Origin: Eledone cirrhosa | Lineage: Eukaryota | Length of the DNA stretch: 64,000 nt | Assembly: GCA_964016885.1 (NCBI GenBank) | Contig: OZ024744.1 | Location: 18,786,001-18,850,000 of the forward strand | Direction: 5' to 3' | Shown here: positions 1 to 14,578 of the stretch, piece after piece | Layout of the letters: each line of letters opens with the position of its first letter | Position numbering within the stretch: the first letter of the stretch is position 1 | Translations under genes and position numbers: made by a program | The notes under the pieces: model-generated | What the model saw: only the letters and a program-made list of their open reading frames with translations | The model's database searches: none | Told to the model about the DNA's origin: nothing

Positions 1-2314
1 TATGTTTCTGTATGTCTGTGTCACTGTGTATGTCACTGTATCCTTGTGTATGTCTGTGTCCCTGTGTATGTCACTGTATGTTTCTGTATGTTTGTGTCAC
101 TGTGTATGTCACTAAATGTTTGTGTGTGTCTGTGTCTCTGTGTATGTCACTGTTTGTTTGCGTGTGTCTGTGTCACTGTGTATGTCACTGTGTGTTTCTG
201 TATGTCTGTGTGACTGTGTATGTCACTGTGTGTTTGCGTATGTCTGTGTCACTGTATGGTTCTGTATGTCTGTGTCACTGTGTATGTCACTGTGTGTTTC
301 TGTATGTATGTGTCACCGTGTATGTCACTGTATCTTTGTGTATGCCTGTGTCCCTGTGTATGTCACTGTGTGTTTCTGTATGTTTGTGTCACTGTGTATG
401 TCACTGTATATTTCTGTATGTCTGTGTCACTGTGTATGTCACTGTATGTTTCTGTATGTCTGTGTCACTGTGTATGTCACTGTGTGTTTCTGTATGTCTG
501 TGTCACTGTATATGTCACTGTATCTTTGTGTATGCCTGTGTCACTGTTTATGTCACTGTATGTTTCTGTATGTCTGTTTCACTGTGTATGTCACTGTATA
601 TTTGTGTATGTCTGTGTCACTCTGTATGTCACTGTGTGTTTCTGTATGTCTGTGTCACTATGTATGCCACTGTATGTTTGTGTTATCTGCGTCATTGTGT
701 ATGTCACTGGGTGTTTCTGTATGTGTGTGGCACTGTGTATGACACTGTGTGTTTCTGTATGTATGTATCACTGTGTATGTCACTGTGTGTTTCTGAATGT
801 CTGTGTCACTATGTAAGTCATTGTATCTTTGTGTATGTCTGTGGCACTCTGTATGTTGTTGTGTGTTTCTGTATGTATGTGTCTCTGTGTATGTCACTGT
901 ATGTCTATGTATGTCTGTGTCACTGTCTATGTCACTGTATCTTTGTGTATGTCTGTATTACTGTGTATGTCGCTGTGTGTTTATGTATGTCTGTGTCTCT
1001 GTGTATGTCACTGTATCTTTGCGTATGTCTGCGTCACTGTGTATGTCACTGTGTGTTTCTGTATGTCTGTGTCACTGTGTATGTCACAATGTGTTTCTGT
1101 ATATCTGTGTCTCTGTGTATGTCACTGTATCTTTGTGTATGTCTGTGTCACTGTGTATGTCACTGAATGTTTCTGTATGTATGTTTCACTGTGTATGGCA
1201 CTAAATGTTTGTGTCTCTGTGTCTCTGTGTATGTCACTGTGTGTTTGCGTGTGTCTGTGTCACTGTGTATGTCACTGTGTGTTTCTGCATGTCTGTGTCA
1301 CTGTGTATGTCACTGTGTGTTTCTGTATGTCTGTGTCACTGTGTATGTCACTGTATGTTTCTGTATGTCTGTTTCACTGTGTATATCACTGTGTGTTTCT
1401 GTATGTCTGTGTCACTGTATATGTCACTGTATCTTTGTGTATGCCTGTGTCACTGTCTATGTCACTGTATGTTTCTGTATGTCTGTTTCACTGTGTATGT
1501 CACTGTATATTTGTGTATGTCTGTGTCACTCTGTATGTCACTGTGTGTTTCTGTATGTCTATGTCACTATGTATGCCACTGTATATTTGTGTTGTCTGTG
1601 TCATTGTGTATGTCACTGGGTGTTTCTGTATGTCTGTGTCACTGTGTATGACACTGTGTCTTTCTGTATGTATGTATCACTGTGTATGTCACTGTGTGTA
1701 TCTGTATGTCTGTGTCACTGTGTAAGTCATTGTATCTTTGTGTATGTATGTGGCACTCTATATGTCGTTGTGTGTTTCTGTATGTATGTGTCTCTGTGTA
1801 TGTCACTGTATATTTGTGTATGTATGTGTCACTGTGTATGTCACTGTGAGTTTCTCTATGTCTGTGTCACTCTGTATGTCACTGTATGTCTCTGTATGTC
1901 TGTGTCACTTTCTATGTCACTGTATCTTTGTGTATGTCTGTGTCACTGTGTATGTCACTGTGTGTTTATGTATTTCTGTGTCTCTGTGTATGCCACTGTA
2001 TCTTTGTGTATGTCTGCGTCACTGTGTATGTCACTGTGTGTTTCTGTATGTCTGTGTAACTGTGTATGTCGCAGTGGGTTTCTTTATATATGTGTCTCTG
2101 TGTATGTCAATGTATCTTTGTGTATGTCTGTGTCACTGTGTGTTTCTGTATGTCTGTGTCACTGTGTATGTCACTGTATGTTTGTGTTTGTCTGTGTCAC
2201 TGTGTATGTCACTGTGTGTTTGTGTATGTCTGTGTCACTGTATGTTTGTGTATGTCTGTGTCACTGTGTATGTCACTGTTTGTTTCTGTATGTATGTGTC
2301 ACTGTGTATGTCAC
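1..2314 (+). repeat. Higher-order block, copy 1 (near-identical copy at 12265-14578; partial third copy from about 20044)
   Basis: ORF starts 116/220/797/829/1205/1738/2066 recur at +12264. The rare marker tccttg is at 41, 12305 and 20084, and ttatctgcgtc at 683, 12947 and 20726. The copies diverge at 2315/14579. Confidence 0.9.
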
Positions 2315-3900
2315 TGTTTGTTTCTGAATGTCTGTGTCACTATGTAAGTCATTGTATCTTTGTGTATGTCTGTGGCACTCTGTATGTTGTTGTGTGTTTC
2401 TGTATGTATGTGTCTCTGTGTATGTCACTGTATGTCTATGTATGTCTGTGTCACTGTCTATGTCACTGTATCTTTGTGTATGTCTGTATTACTGTGTATG
2501 TCGCTGTGTGTTTATGTATGTCTGTGTCTCTGTGTATGTCACTGTATCTTTGCGTATGTCTGCGTCACTGTGTATGTCACTGTGTGTTTCTGTATGTCTG
2601 TGTCACTGTGTATGTCACAATGTGTTTCTGTATATCTGTGTCTCTGTGTATGTCACTGTATCTTTGTCAATGTCTGTGTCACTGTGTATGTCACTGAATG
2701 TTTCTGTATGTATGTTTCACTGTATATGGCACTAAATGTTTGTGTCTCTGTGTCTCTGTGTATGTCACTGTGTGTTTGCGTGTGTCTGTGTCACTGTGTA
2801 TGTCACTGTGTGTTTCTGCATGTCTGTGTCACTGTGTATGTCACTGTGTGTTTCTGTATGTCTGTGTCACTGTGTATGTCACTGTATGTTTCTGTATGTC
2901 TGTTTCACTGTGTATATCACTGTGTGTTTCTGTATGTCTGTGTCACTGTATATGTCACTGTATCTTTGTGTATGCCTGTGTCACTGTCTATGTCACTGTA
3001 TGTTTCTGTATGTCTGTTTCACTGTGTATGTCACTGTATATTTGTGTATGTCTGTGTCACTCTGTATGTCACTGTGTGTTTCTGTATGTCTATGTCACTA
3101 TGTATGCCACTGTATATTTGTGTTGTCTGTGTCATTGTGTATGTCACTGGGTGTTTCTGTATGTCTGTGTCACTGTGTATGACACTGTGTCTTTCTGTAT
3201 GTATGTATCACTGTGTATGTCACTGTGTGTATCTGTATGTCTGTGTCACTGTGTAAGTCATTGTATCTTTGTGTATGTATGTGGCACTCTGTATGTCGTT
3301 GTGTGTTTCTGTATGTCTGTGTCACTCTGTATGTCACTGTATATTTCTGTATGTCTGTGTCACTGTGTATGTCACTGTATGTTTCTGTATGTCTGTGTCA
3401 CTGTGTATGTCACTGTATGTTTCTGTATGTCTGTGTCACTGTGTATGTCACTGTGAGTTTCTCTATGTCTGTGTCACTCTGTATGTCACTGTATGTCTCT
3501 GTATGTCTGTGTCACTTTCTATGTCACTGTATCTTTGTGTATGTCTGTGTCACTGTGTATGTCACTGTGTGTTTATGTATTTCTGTGTCTCTGTGTATGC
3601 CACTGTATCTTTGTGTATGTCTGCGTCACTGTGTATGTCACTGTGTGTTTCTGTATGTCTGTGTAACTGTGTATGTCGCAGTGGGTTTCTTTATATATGT
3701 GTCTCTGTGTATGTCAATGTATCTTTGTGTATGTCTGTGTCACTGTGTGTTTCTGTATGTCTGTGTCACTGTGTATGTCACTGTATGTTTGTGTTTGTCT
3801 GTGTCACTTTGTATGTCACTGTGTGTTTGTGTATGTCTGTGTCACAGTATGTTTCTGTATGTCTGTGTCACTGTGTATGTCACTGTTTGTTTCTGTATGT
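790..3900 (+). repeat. Tandem duplication with 1531-bp period (1607 after a net two-monomer gain)
   Basis: ORF pairs 797/2328, 829/2360, 1167/2698, 1205/2736 and 1738/3269 are offset by 1531; 2066/3673 is offset by 1607 (=1531+76). Rare motifs such as ggcactaaatg and gcagtgggtttctttata are shared. Confidence 0.88.
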
Positions 3901-6900
3901 ATGTGTCACTGTGTATGTCACCGTATGTGTGTGTATGTCTGTGTCACGGTGTATGTCACTGTATCTTTGTGTATGCCTGTGTCACTGTGTATGTCACTGT
4001 GTGTTTTTGTATGTCTGTGTCACTGTGTATGTCACTGTATGTTTGTGTGTGTCTGTGTCACTGTGTATGTCAATGTCTCTGTGTGTTTCTGTATGTCTGT
4101 GTCTCTGTGTATGTCACTGTATCTTTGTGTATGTATGTGTCACTGTGTATGTCACTGTGTGTTTCTGTATGTCTGTGTCACTGTGTATATCACTGTGTGT
4201 TTCTGTATATCTGTGTCTCTGTGTATGTCACTGTATGTTTGTGTATGTCTGTGTCACTGTGTATGTCACTGTATGTTTCTGTATGTCTGTGTTACTGTGT
4301 ATATCAATGTGTGTTTCTGTATCTCTGTGTCACGGTGTACGTCACTGCATGTTTGTGTATGTCTGTGTGACTGTGTATGTCACTGTGTGTTTCTGTATGG
4401 CTGTGTCACTGTGTATGTCACTCTATCTTTGTGTATGTCTGTTTCACTGTGTATGTCACAGTGTGTTTCTGTATGTCTGTGTCACTGTCTATGTCATTGT
4501 ATGTTTCTGAATGTCTGTGTCACTGTGTATGTCACTGTGTTTCTGTATGTATGTGTTACGATGTATGTCACTGTATGTTTGTGTGTGACTGTGTCACTGT
4601 GTATGTCACTGTATGTTTGTGTATGTCTGTGTCACTGTATGTTTCTGTATGTCTGTGTCACTGTGTATGTCACTGTGTGTTTCTGTATGTCTGTGTCACT
4701 GTGTATGTCATTGTATATTTGTGTATGTCTGTGTCACTGTGTATGTCACTGTATGTTTCTGTAAGTTTGTGTCACTGTGTATGTCACTGTGTGTTTCTGT
4801 ATGTCTGTGTCTCTGTGTATGTCACTGTATGTTTCTGTATGTCTGTTTCACTGTGTATCTCACTGTGTCTTTATGTATGTCTGTGTCACTCTGTATGTCA
4901 CTGTATATTTCTGTATGTCTGTGTCACTGTGTATGTCACTGTATGTTTCTGTATGTTTGTGTCACTGTGTATGTCACTGTATGTTTCTGTATGTCTGTTT
5001 CACTGTGTATGTCACTGTGTCTTTATGTATGTCTGTGTCACTCTGTATGTCACTGTATATTTCTGTATGTCTGTGTCACTGTGTATGTCACTGTATGTTT
5101 CTGTATGTCTGTGTCACTGTGTATGTCACTGTATGTTTCTGTATGTCTGTGTCACTGTGTATGTCACTGTATGTTTCTGTATGTCTGTTTCACGGTGTAT
5201 GTCACTGTGTGTTTCTGTATGTCTGTGTCACTCTGTATGTCACTGTATATTTCTGTATGTCTGTGTCACTGTGTATGTCACTGTATGTTTCTGTAAGTCT
5301 GTGTCACTGTGTATGTCACTTGGTGTTTCTGTATGTCTGTGTCACTGTATATGTCACTGTATCTTTGTGTATGCCTGTGTCACTGTTTATGTCACTGTAT
5401 GTTTCTGTATGTCTGTTTCAGTGTGTATGTCACTGTATATTTATGTATGTCTGTGTCACTCTGTATGTCACTGTGTGTTTCTGTATGTCTGTGTCACTAT
5501 GTATGCCACTGTATGTTTGTGTTATCTGAGTCATTGTATATGTCACTGGGTGTTTCTGTATGTCTGTGTCACTGTGTATGACACTGTGTGTTTCTGTATG
5601 TATGTATCACTGTGTATGTCACTGTGTGTTTCTGTATGTCTGTGTCACTATGTAAGTCATTGTATCTGTGTGTATGTCTGTGGCACTCTGTATGTTGTTG
5701 TGTGTTTCTGTATGTATGTGTCTCTGTGTATGTCATTGTATCTTTTTGTATGTATGTGTCACTGTGTATGTTACTGTGAGTTTATGTATGTCTGTGTCAC
5801 TGTGTATGTCACTGTATGTCTATGTATGTCTGTGTCACTGTCTATGTCACTGTATCTTTGTGTATGTCTGTATCACTGTGTATGTCACTGTGTGTTTATG
5901 TATGTCTGTGTCTCTCTGTATGTCACTGTATCTTTGCGTATGTCTGTGTCACTGTGTATGTCACAGTGTGTTTCTGTATATCTGTGTCTCTGTGTATGTC
6001 ACTGTATCTTTGTGTATGTCTGTGTCACTGTGTATGTCACTGTATGTTTCTGTATGTACGTTTCACTGTGTATGTCACTAAATGTTTGTGTGTGTCTGTG
6101 TCTCTGTGTATGTCACTGTGTGTTTGCGTGTGTCTGTGTCACTGTGTATGTCACTGTGTGTTTCTGTATGTCTGTGTGACTGTGTATGTCACTGTTTGTT
6201 TGTGTATGTCTGTGTCACTGTGTGTGTTTCTGTATGTCTGTGTCACTGTGTATGTCATTGCATCTTTGTGTATGTCTGTTTTACTCTGTATGTCACTGTG
6301 TGTTTCTGCACGTCTGTGTCACTGTGTATGTCACTGTGTGTTCCTGTATGTCTGTGTCACTGTGTATGTCACTGTATGTTTCTGTATGTCTGTTTCACTG
6401 TGTATATCACTGTGTGTTTCTGTATGTCTGTGTCACTGTATATGTCACTGTATCTTTGTGTATGCCTGTGTCACTGTGTATGTCACTGTGTGTTTATGTA
6501 TTTCTGTGTATCTGTGTATGCCACTGTATCTTTGTGTATGCCTGCGTCACTGTGTATGTCACTGTGTGTTTCTGTATGTCTATGTCACTGTGTATGTCAC
6601 AGTGTGTTTCTGTATATATGTGTCTCTGTGTATGTCACTGTATCTTTGTGTATGTCTGTGTCACTGTGTGTTTCTGTATGTATGTGTCACTGTGTATGTC
6701 ACTGTATGTTTGTGTGTGTCTGTGTCACTGTGTATGTCACTGTGTGTTTGTGTATGTCTGTGTCACTGTATGTTTGTGTATGTCTGTGTCACTGTGTATG
6801 TCACTGTTTGTTTCTGTATGTATGTGTCACTGTGTATGTCACCGTATGTGTGTGTATGTCTGTATCACGGTGTATGTCACTGTATCTTTGTGTATGCCTG

Positions 6901-9900
6901 TGTCACTGTGTATGTCACTGTGTGTTTCTGTATGTTTGTGTCACTGTGTATGTCACTGTATGTTTGTGTGTGTCTGTGTCACTGTGTATGTCAATGTCTC
7001 TGTGTGTTTCTGTATGTCTGTGTCTCTGTGTATGTCACTGTATCTTTGTGTATGTATGTGTCACTGTGTATGTCACTGTGTGTTTCTGTATGTCTGTGTC
7101 ACTGTGTATATCACTGTGTGTTTCTGTATATCTGTGTCTCTGTGTATGTCACTGTTTGTTTGCATGTGTCTGTGTCACTGTGTATGTCAATGTCTCTGTG
7201 TGTTTCTGTATGTCTGTGTCTCTGTGTATGTCACTGTATCTTTGTGTATGTATGTGTCACTGTGTATGTCACTGTGTGTTTCTGTATGTCTGTGTGACTG
7301 TGTATGTCACTGTGTGTTTGTGTATGTCTGTGTCACTGTATGTTTCTGTATGTCTGTGTCACTGTGTATGTCACTGTGTGTTTCTGTATGTCTGTGTCAC
7401 TGTGTATGTCACAGTGTGTTTCTGTATCTTTGTGTCACTGTGTACGTCACTAAATGTTTGTGTGTGTCTGTGTCTCTGTGTATGTCACTGTTTGTTTGCG
7501 TGTGTCTGTGTCACTGTGTATGTCACTGTGTGTTTCTGTATGTCTGTGTGACTGTGTATGTCACTGTTTGTTTGTGTATGTCTGTGTCACTGTGTGTGTT
7601 TCTGTATGTCTGTGTCACTGTGTATGTCATTGCATCTTTGTGTATGTCTGTCTCACTCTGTATGTCACTGTGTGTTTCTGCATGTCCGTGTCACTCTGTA
7701 TGTCACTGTGTGTTTCTGTATGTCTGTGTCACTGTGTATGTCACTGTATGTTTCTGTATGTCTGTTTCACTGTGTATATCAATGTGTGTTTCTGTATGTC
7801 TGTGTCACTGTATATGTCACTGTATCTTTGTGTATGCCTGTGTAACTGTCTATGTCACTGTATGTTTCTGTATGTCTGTTTCACTGTGTATGTCACTGTA
7901 TATTTGTGTATGTCTGTGTCACTCTGTATGTCACTGTGTGTTTCTGTATGTCTGTGTCACTATGTATGCCACTGTATATTTGTGTTGTCTGTGTCATTGT
8001 GTATGTCACTGGGTGTTTCTGTATGTATGTGTCACTGTGTATGACACTGTGTCTTTCTGTATGTATGTATCAATGTGTATGTCACTGTGTGTATCTTTAT
8101 GTCTGTGTCACTGTGTAAGTCATTGTATCTTTGTGTATGTCTGTGTCACTGTGTATGTCACTGTATGTCTCTGTATGTCTGTGTCACTGTCTATGTCACT
8201 GTATCTTTGTGTATGTCTGTGTCACTGTGTATGTCACTGTGTGTTTATGTATTTCTGTGTCTCTGTATGCCACTGTATCTTTGTGTATGTCTGCGTCACT
8301 GTGTATGTAACTGTGTGTTTCTGTATGTCTGTGTCACTGTGTATATCACAGTGTGTTTCTGTATATATGCGTCTCTGTGTATGTCACTGTATCTTTGTGT
8401 ATGTCTGTGTCACTATGTGTTTCTGTATGTCTGTGTCACTGTGTATGTCACAGTGTGTTTCTGTATGTTTGTGTCACTGTGTACGTCACTAAATGTTTGT
8501 GTGTGTCTGTGTCTCTGTGTATGTCACTGTTTGTTTGCGTGTGTCTGTGTCACTGTGTATGTCACTGTGTGTTTCTGTATGTCTGTGTGACTGTGTATGT
8601 CACTGTGTGTTTGTGTATGTCTGTGTCACTGTATGTTTCTGTATGTCTGTGTCACTGTGTATGTCACTGTGTGTTTCTGTATGTATGTGTCACCGTGTAT
8701 GTCACTGTATCTTTGTGTATACCTGTGTCACTGTGTATGTCAATGTGTGTTTCTGTATGTCTGTGTCACTGTGTATGTCATTGCATCTTTGTGTATGTCT
8801 GTCTCACTCTGTATGTCACTGTGTGTTTCTGCATGTCTGTGTCACTGTGTATGTCACTGTGTGTTTCTGTATGTCTGTGTCACTGTGTATGTCACTGTAT
8901 GTTTCTGTATGTCTGTTTCACTGTGTATATCACTGTGTGTTTCTGTATGTCTGTGTCATGGTGTATGTCACTGTATGTTTGTGTGTGACTGTGTCACTGT
9001 GTACGTCACTGTGTGTTTGTGTATGTCTGCGTCACTGTATGTTTCTGTATGTCTATGTCACTGTGTATGTCAATGTGTGTTTCTGTATGTCTATGTCACT
9101 GTGTATGTCATTGTATCTTTGTGTATGTCTGTGTCACTGTGTATGTCACAGTATGTTTCTGTAAGTTTGTGTCACTGTGTATGTCACTGTGTGTTTCTGT
9201 ATGTCTGTGTCTCTGTGTATGTCACTGTATGTTTCTGTATGTCTGTGTCACTGTATGTTTCTGTATGTCTGTTTCACTGTGTATGTCACTGTGTCTTTAT
9301 GTATGTCTGTGTCACTCTGTATGTCACTGTATATTTCTGTATGTCTGTGTCACTGTGTATGTCACTGTATGTTTCTGTATGTCTGTGTCACTGTGTATGT
9401 CACTGTATGTTTCTGTATGTCTGTGTCACTGTGTATGTCACTGTATCTTTGTGTATGTCTGTGTCCCTGTGTATGTCACTGTATGTTTCTGTATGTTTCT
9501 CTCACTGTGTATGTCACTGTGTGTTTCTGTATGTCTGTGTCTCTGTGTATGTCACTGTGTGTTTCTGCATGTTTGTGTCACTGTGTATGTCACTAAATGT
9601 TTGTGTGTGTCTGTGTCTCTGTGTATGTCACTGTTTGTTTGCGTGTGTCTGTGTCACTGTGTATGTCACTGTGTGTTTCTGTATGTCTGTGTGACTGTGT
9701 ATGTCACTGTGTGTTTGTGTATGTCTGTGTCACTGTATGTTTCTGTATGTCTGTGTCACTGTGTATGTCACTGTGTGTTTCTGTATGTATGTGTCACCGT
9801 GTATGTCACTGTATCTTTGTGTATGCCTGTGTCACTGTGTATGTCACTGTGTGTTTCTGTATGTCTGTGTCACTGTGTATGTCACTAAATGTTTGTGTGT

Positions 9901-12264
9901 GTCTGTGTCTCTGTGTATGTCACTGTTTGTTTGCGTGTGTCTGTGTCACTGTGTATGTCACTGTGTGTTTCTGTATGTCTGTGTGACTGTGTATGTCACT
10001 GTTTGTTTGTGTATGTCTGTGTCACTGTGTGTGTTTCTGTATGTCTGTGTCACTGTGTATGTCATTGCATCTTTGTGTATGTCTGTCTCACTCTGTTTGT
10101 CACTGTGTGTTTCTGCATGTCTGTGTCACTGTGTATGTCACTGTGTGTTTCTGTATGTCTGTGTCACTGTGTATGTCACTGTATGTTTCTGTATGTCTGT
10201 TTCACTGTGTATATCACTGTGTGTTTCTGTATGTCTGTGTCACTATATATGTCACTGTATCTTTGTGTATGCCTGTGTCACTGTCTATGTCACTGTATGT
10301 TTCTGTATGTCTGTTTCACTGTGTATGTCACTGTATATTTGTGTATGTCTGTGTCACTCTGTATGTCACTGTGTGTTTCTGTATGTCTGTGTCACTATGT
10401 ATGCCACTGTATATTTGTGTTGTCTGTGTCATTGTGTATGTCACTGGGTGTTTCTGTATGTCTGTGTCACTGTGTATGACACTGTGTCTTTCTGTATGTA
10501 TGTATCAATGTGTATGTCACTGTGTGTATCTTTATGTCTGTGTCTCTGTGTATGTCACTGTATATTTGTGTATGTATGTGTCACTGTGTATGTCACTGTG
10601 AGTTTCTCTATGTCTGTGTCACTGTGTATGTCACTGTATGTCTCTGTATGTCTGTGTCACTGTCTATGTCACTGTATCTTTGTGTATGTCTGTGTCACTG
10701 TGTATGTCACTGTGTGTTTATGTATTTCTGTGTCTCTGTATGCCACTGTATCTTTGTGTATGTCTGCGTCACTGTGTATGTAACTGTGTGTTTCTGTATG
10801 TCTGTGTCACTGTGTATATCACAGTGTGTTTCTGTATATATGCGTCTCTGTGTATGTCACTGTATCTTTGTGTATGTCTGTGTCACTGTGTGTTTCTGTA
10901 TGTCTGTGTCTCTGTGTATGTCACAGTGTGTTTCTGTATATATGTGTCTCTGTGTATGTCACTGTATGTTTATGTGTGTCTGTGTCACTGTGTATGTCAC
11001 TGTGTGTTTGTGTATGTCTGTGTCACTGTATGTTTCTGTATGTCTGTGCCACTGTGTATGTCACCGTATGTGTGTGTATGTCTGTGTCACGGTGTATGTC
11101 ACTGTATCTTTGTGTATGCCTGTGTCACTGTGTATGTCACTGTGTGTTTCTGTATGTCTGTGTCACTGTGTATGTCACTGTATGTTTGTGTGTGTCTGTG
11201 TCACTGTGTATGTCAATGTCTCTGTGTGTTTCTGTATGTCTGTGTCTCTGTGTATGTCACTGTATCTTTGTGTATGTATGTGTCACTGTGTATGTCACTG
11301 TGTGTTTCTGTGTGTCTGTGTCACTGTGTATATCACTGTGTGTTTCTGTATATATGTGTCTCTGTGTATGTCACTGTATCTTTGTGTATGTCTCGGTCAC
11401 TGTGTATGTCACTGTATATTTGTGTATGGATGTGTCACTGTGTATGTCACTGTATCTTTGTGTATGTCTGTGTCACTGTGTATGTCACAGTGTGTTTCTG
11501 TATGTCTGTGTCACTGTCTATGTCACTGTATGTTTCTGAATGTCTGTGTCACTGTGTATGTCACTGTGTGTTTCTGTATGTATGTGTCACGGTGTATGTC
11601 ACTGTATGTTTGTGTGTGACAGTGTCACTGTGTATGTTACTGTGTGTTTGTGTATGTCTGTGTCACTGTATGTTTCTGTATGTCTGTGTCACTGTGTATG
11701 TCATTGTATCGTTGTGTATGTCTGTGTCACTGTGTATGTCACTGTATGTTTCTGTAAGTTTGTGTCACTGTGTATGTCACTGTGTGTTTCTGTATGTCTG
11801 TGTCTCTGTGTATGTCACTGTATGTTTCTGTATGTCTGTTTCACTGTGTATGTCACTGTGTCTTTATGTATGTCTGTGTCACTATGTATGTCACTGTATA
11901 TTTCTGTATGTCTGTGTCACTGTGTATGTCACTGTGTGTTTCTGTATGACTGTGTCACTGTGTATGTCACTGTATCTTTGTGTATGTCTGTGTCACTGTG
12001 TATGTCACAGTGTGTTTCTGTATGTCTGTGTCACTGTCTATGTCACTGTATGTTTCTGAATGTCTGTGTCACTGTGTATGTCACTGTGTGTTTGTGTATG
12101 TCTGTGTCACTGTATGGTTCTGTATGTCTGTGTCACTGTGTATGTCACTGTGTGTTTCTGTATGTCTGTGTCACTGTGTATGACATTGTATCTTTGTGTA
12201 TGTCTGTGTCACTGTGTATGTCACTGTATGTTTCTGTATATTTGTGTCACTGTGTATGTCACTG

Positions 12265-14578
12265 TATGTTTCTGTATGTCTGTGTCACTGTGTATGTCAC
12301 TGTATCCTTGTGTATGTCTGTGTCCCTGTGTATGTCACTGTATGTTTCTGTATGTTTGTGTCACTGTGTATGTCACTAAATGTTTGTGTGTGTCTGTGTC
12401 TCTGTGTATGTCACTGTTTGTTTGCGTGTGTCTGTGTCACTGTGTATGTCACTGTGTGTTTCTGTATGTCTGTGTGACTGTGTATGTCACTGTGTGTTTG
12501 CGTATGTCTGTGTCACTGTATGGTTCTGTATGTCTGTGTCACTGTGTATGTCACTGTGTGTTTCTGTATGTATGTGTCACCGTGTATGTCACTGTATCTT
12601 TGTGTATGCCTGTGTCCCTGTGTATGTCACTGTGTGTTTCTGTATGTTTGTGTCACTGTGTATGTCACTGTATATTTCTGTATGTCTGTGTCACTGTGTA
12701 TGTCACTGTATGTTTCTGTATGTCTGTGTCACTGTGTATGTCACTGTGTGTTTCTGTATGTCTGTGTCACTGTATATGTCACTGTATCTTTGTGTATGCC
12801 TGTGTCACTGTTTATGTCACTGTATGTTTCTGTATGTCTGTTTCACTGTGTATGTCACTGTATATTTGTGTATGTCTGTGTCACTCTGTATGTCACTGTG
12901 TGTTTCTGTATGTCTGTGTCACTATGTATGCCACTGTATGTTTGTGTTATCTGCGTCATTGTGTATGTCACTGGGTGTTTCTGTATGTGTGTGGCACTGT
13001 GTATGACACTGTGTGTTTCTGTATGTATGTATCACTGTGTATGTCACTGTGTGTTTCTGAATGTCTGTGTCACTATGTAAGTCATTGTATCTTTGTGTAT
13101 GTCTGTGGCACTCTGTATGTTGTTGTGTGTTTCTGTATGTATGTGTCTCTGTGTATGTCACTGTATGTCTATGTATGTCTGTGTCACTGTCTATGTCACT
13201 GTATCTTTGTGTATGTCTGTATTACTGTGTATGTCGCTGTGTGATTATGTATGTCTGTGTCTCTGTGTATGTCACTGTATCTTTGCGTATGTCTGCGTCA
13301 CTGTGTATGTCACTGTGTGTTTCTGTATGTCTGTGTCACTGTGTATGTCACAATGTGTTTCTGTATATCTGTGTCTCTGTGTATGTCACTGTATCTTTGT
13401 GTATGTCTGTGTCACTGTGTATGTCACTGAATGTTTCTGTATGTATGTTTCACTGTGTATGGCACTAAATGTTTGTGTCTCTGTGTCTCTGTGTATGTCA
13501 CTGTGTGTTTGCGTGTGTCTGTGTCACTGTGTATGTCACTGTGTGTTTCTGCATGTCTGTGTCACTGTGTATGTCACTGTGTGTTTCTGTATGTCTGTGT
13601 CACTGTGTATGTCACTGTATGTTTCTGTATGTCTGTTTCACTGTGTATATCACTGTGTGTTTCTGTATGTCTGTGTCACTGTATATGTCACTGTATCTTT
13701 GTGTATGCCTGTGTCACTGTCTATGTCACTGTATGTTTCTGTATGTCTGTTTCACTGTGTATGTCACTGTATATTTGTGTATGTCTGTGTCACTCTGTAT
13801 GTCACTGTGTGTTTCTGTATGTCTATGTCACTATGTATGCCACTGTATATTTGTGTTGTCTGTGTCATTGTGTATGTCACTGGGTGTTTCTGTATGTCTG
13901 TGTCACTGTGTATGACACTGTGTCTTTCTGTATGTATGTATCACTGTGTATGTCACTGTGTGTATCTGTATGTCTGTGTCACTGTGTAAGTCATTGTATC
14001 TTTGTGTATGTATGTGGCACTCTATATGTCGTTGTGTGTTTCTGTATGTATGTGTCTCTGTGTATGTCACTGTATATTTGTGTATGTATGTGTCACTGTG
14101 TATGTCACTGTGAGTTTCTCTATGTCTGTGTCACTCTGTATGTCACTGTATGTCTCTGTATGTCTGTGTCACTTTCTATGTCACTGTATCTTTGTGTATG
14201 TCTGTGTCACTGTGTATGTCACTGTGTGTTTATGTATTTCTGTGTCTCTGTGTATGCCACTGTATCTTTGTGTATGTCTGCGTCACTGTGTATGTCACTG
14301 TGTGTTTCTGTATGTCTGTGTAACTGTGTATGTCGCAGTGGGTTTCTTTATATATGTGTCTCTGTGTATGTCAATGTATCTTTGTGTATGTCTGTGTCAC
14401 TGTGTGTTTCTGTATGTCTGTGTCACTGTGTATGTCACTGTATGTTTGTGTTTGTCTGTGTCACTGTGTATGTCACTGTGTGTTTGTGTATGTCTGTGTC
14501 ACTGTATGTTTGTGTATGTCTGTGTCACTGTGTATGTCACTGTTTGTTTCTGTATGTATGTGTCACTGTGTATGTCAC
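12265..14578 (+). repeat. Higher-order block, copy 2 of 1-2314
   Basis: Offset 12264. The one difference I noticed is T980 vs A13244, which creates a TGA that ends the 12060 ORF. Confidence 0.9.

Noticed and set aside
658-897. Short minus-strand Thr/His-rich ORFs (also 12922-13161, 54517-54747, 63230-63460)
   Set aside because: They are chance openings where variant monomers (ggcac, gttgttg, gacac) remove TCA/TGA stops, and they recur only because the cassette is duplicated.
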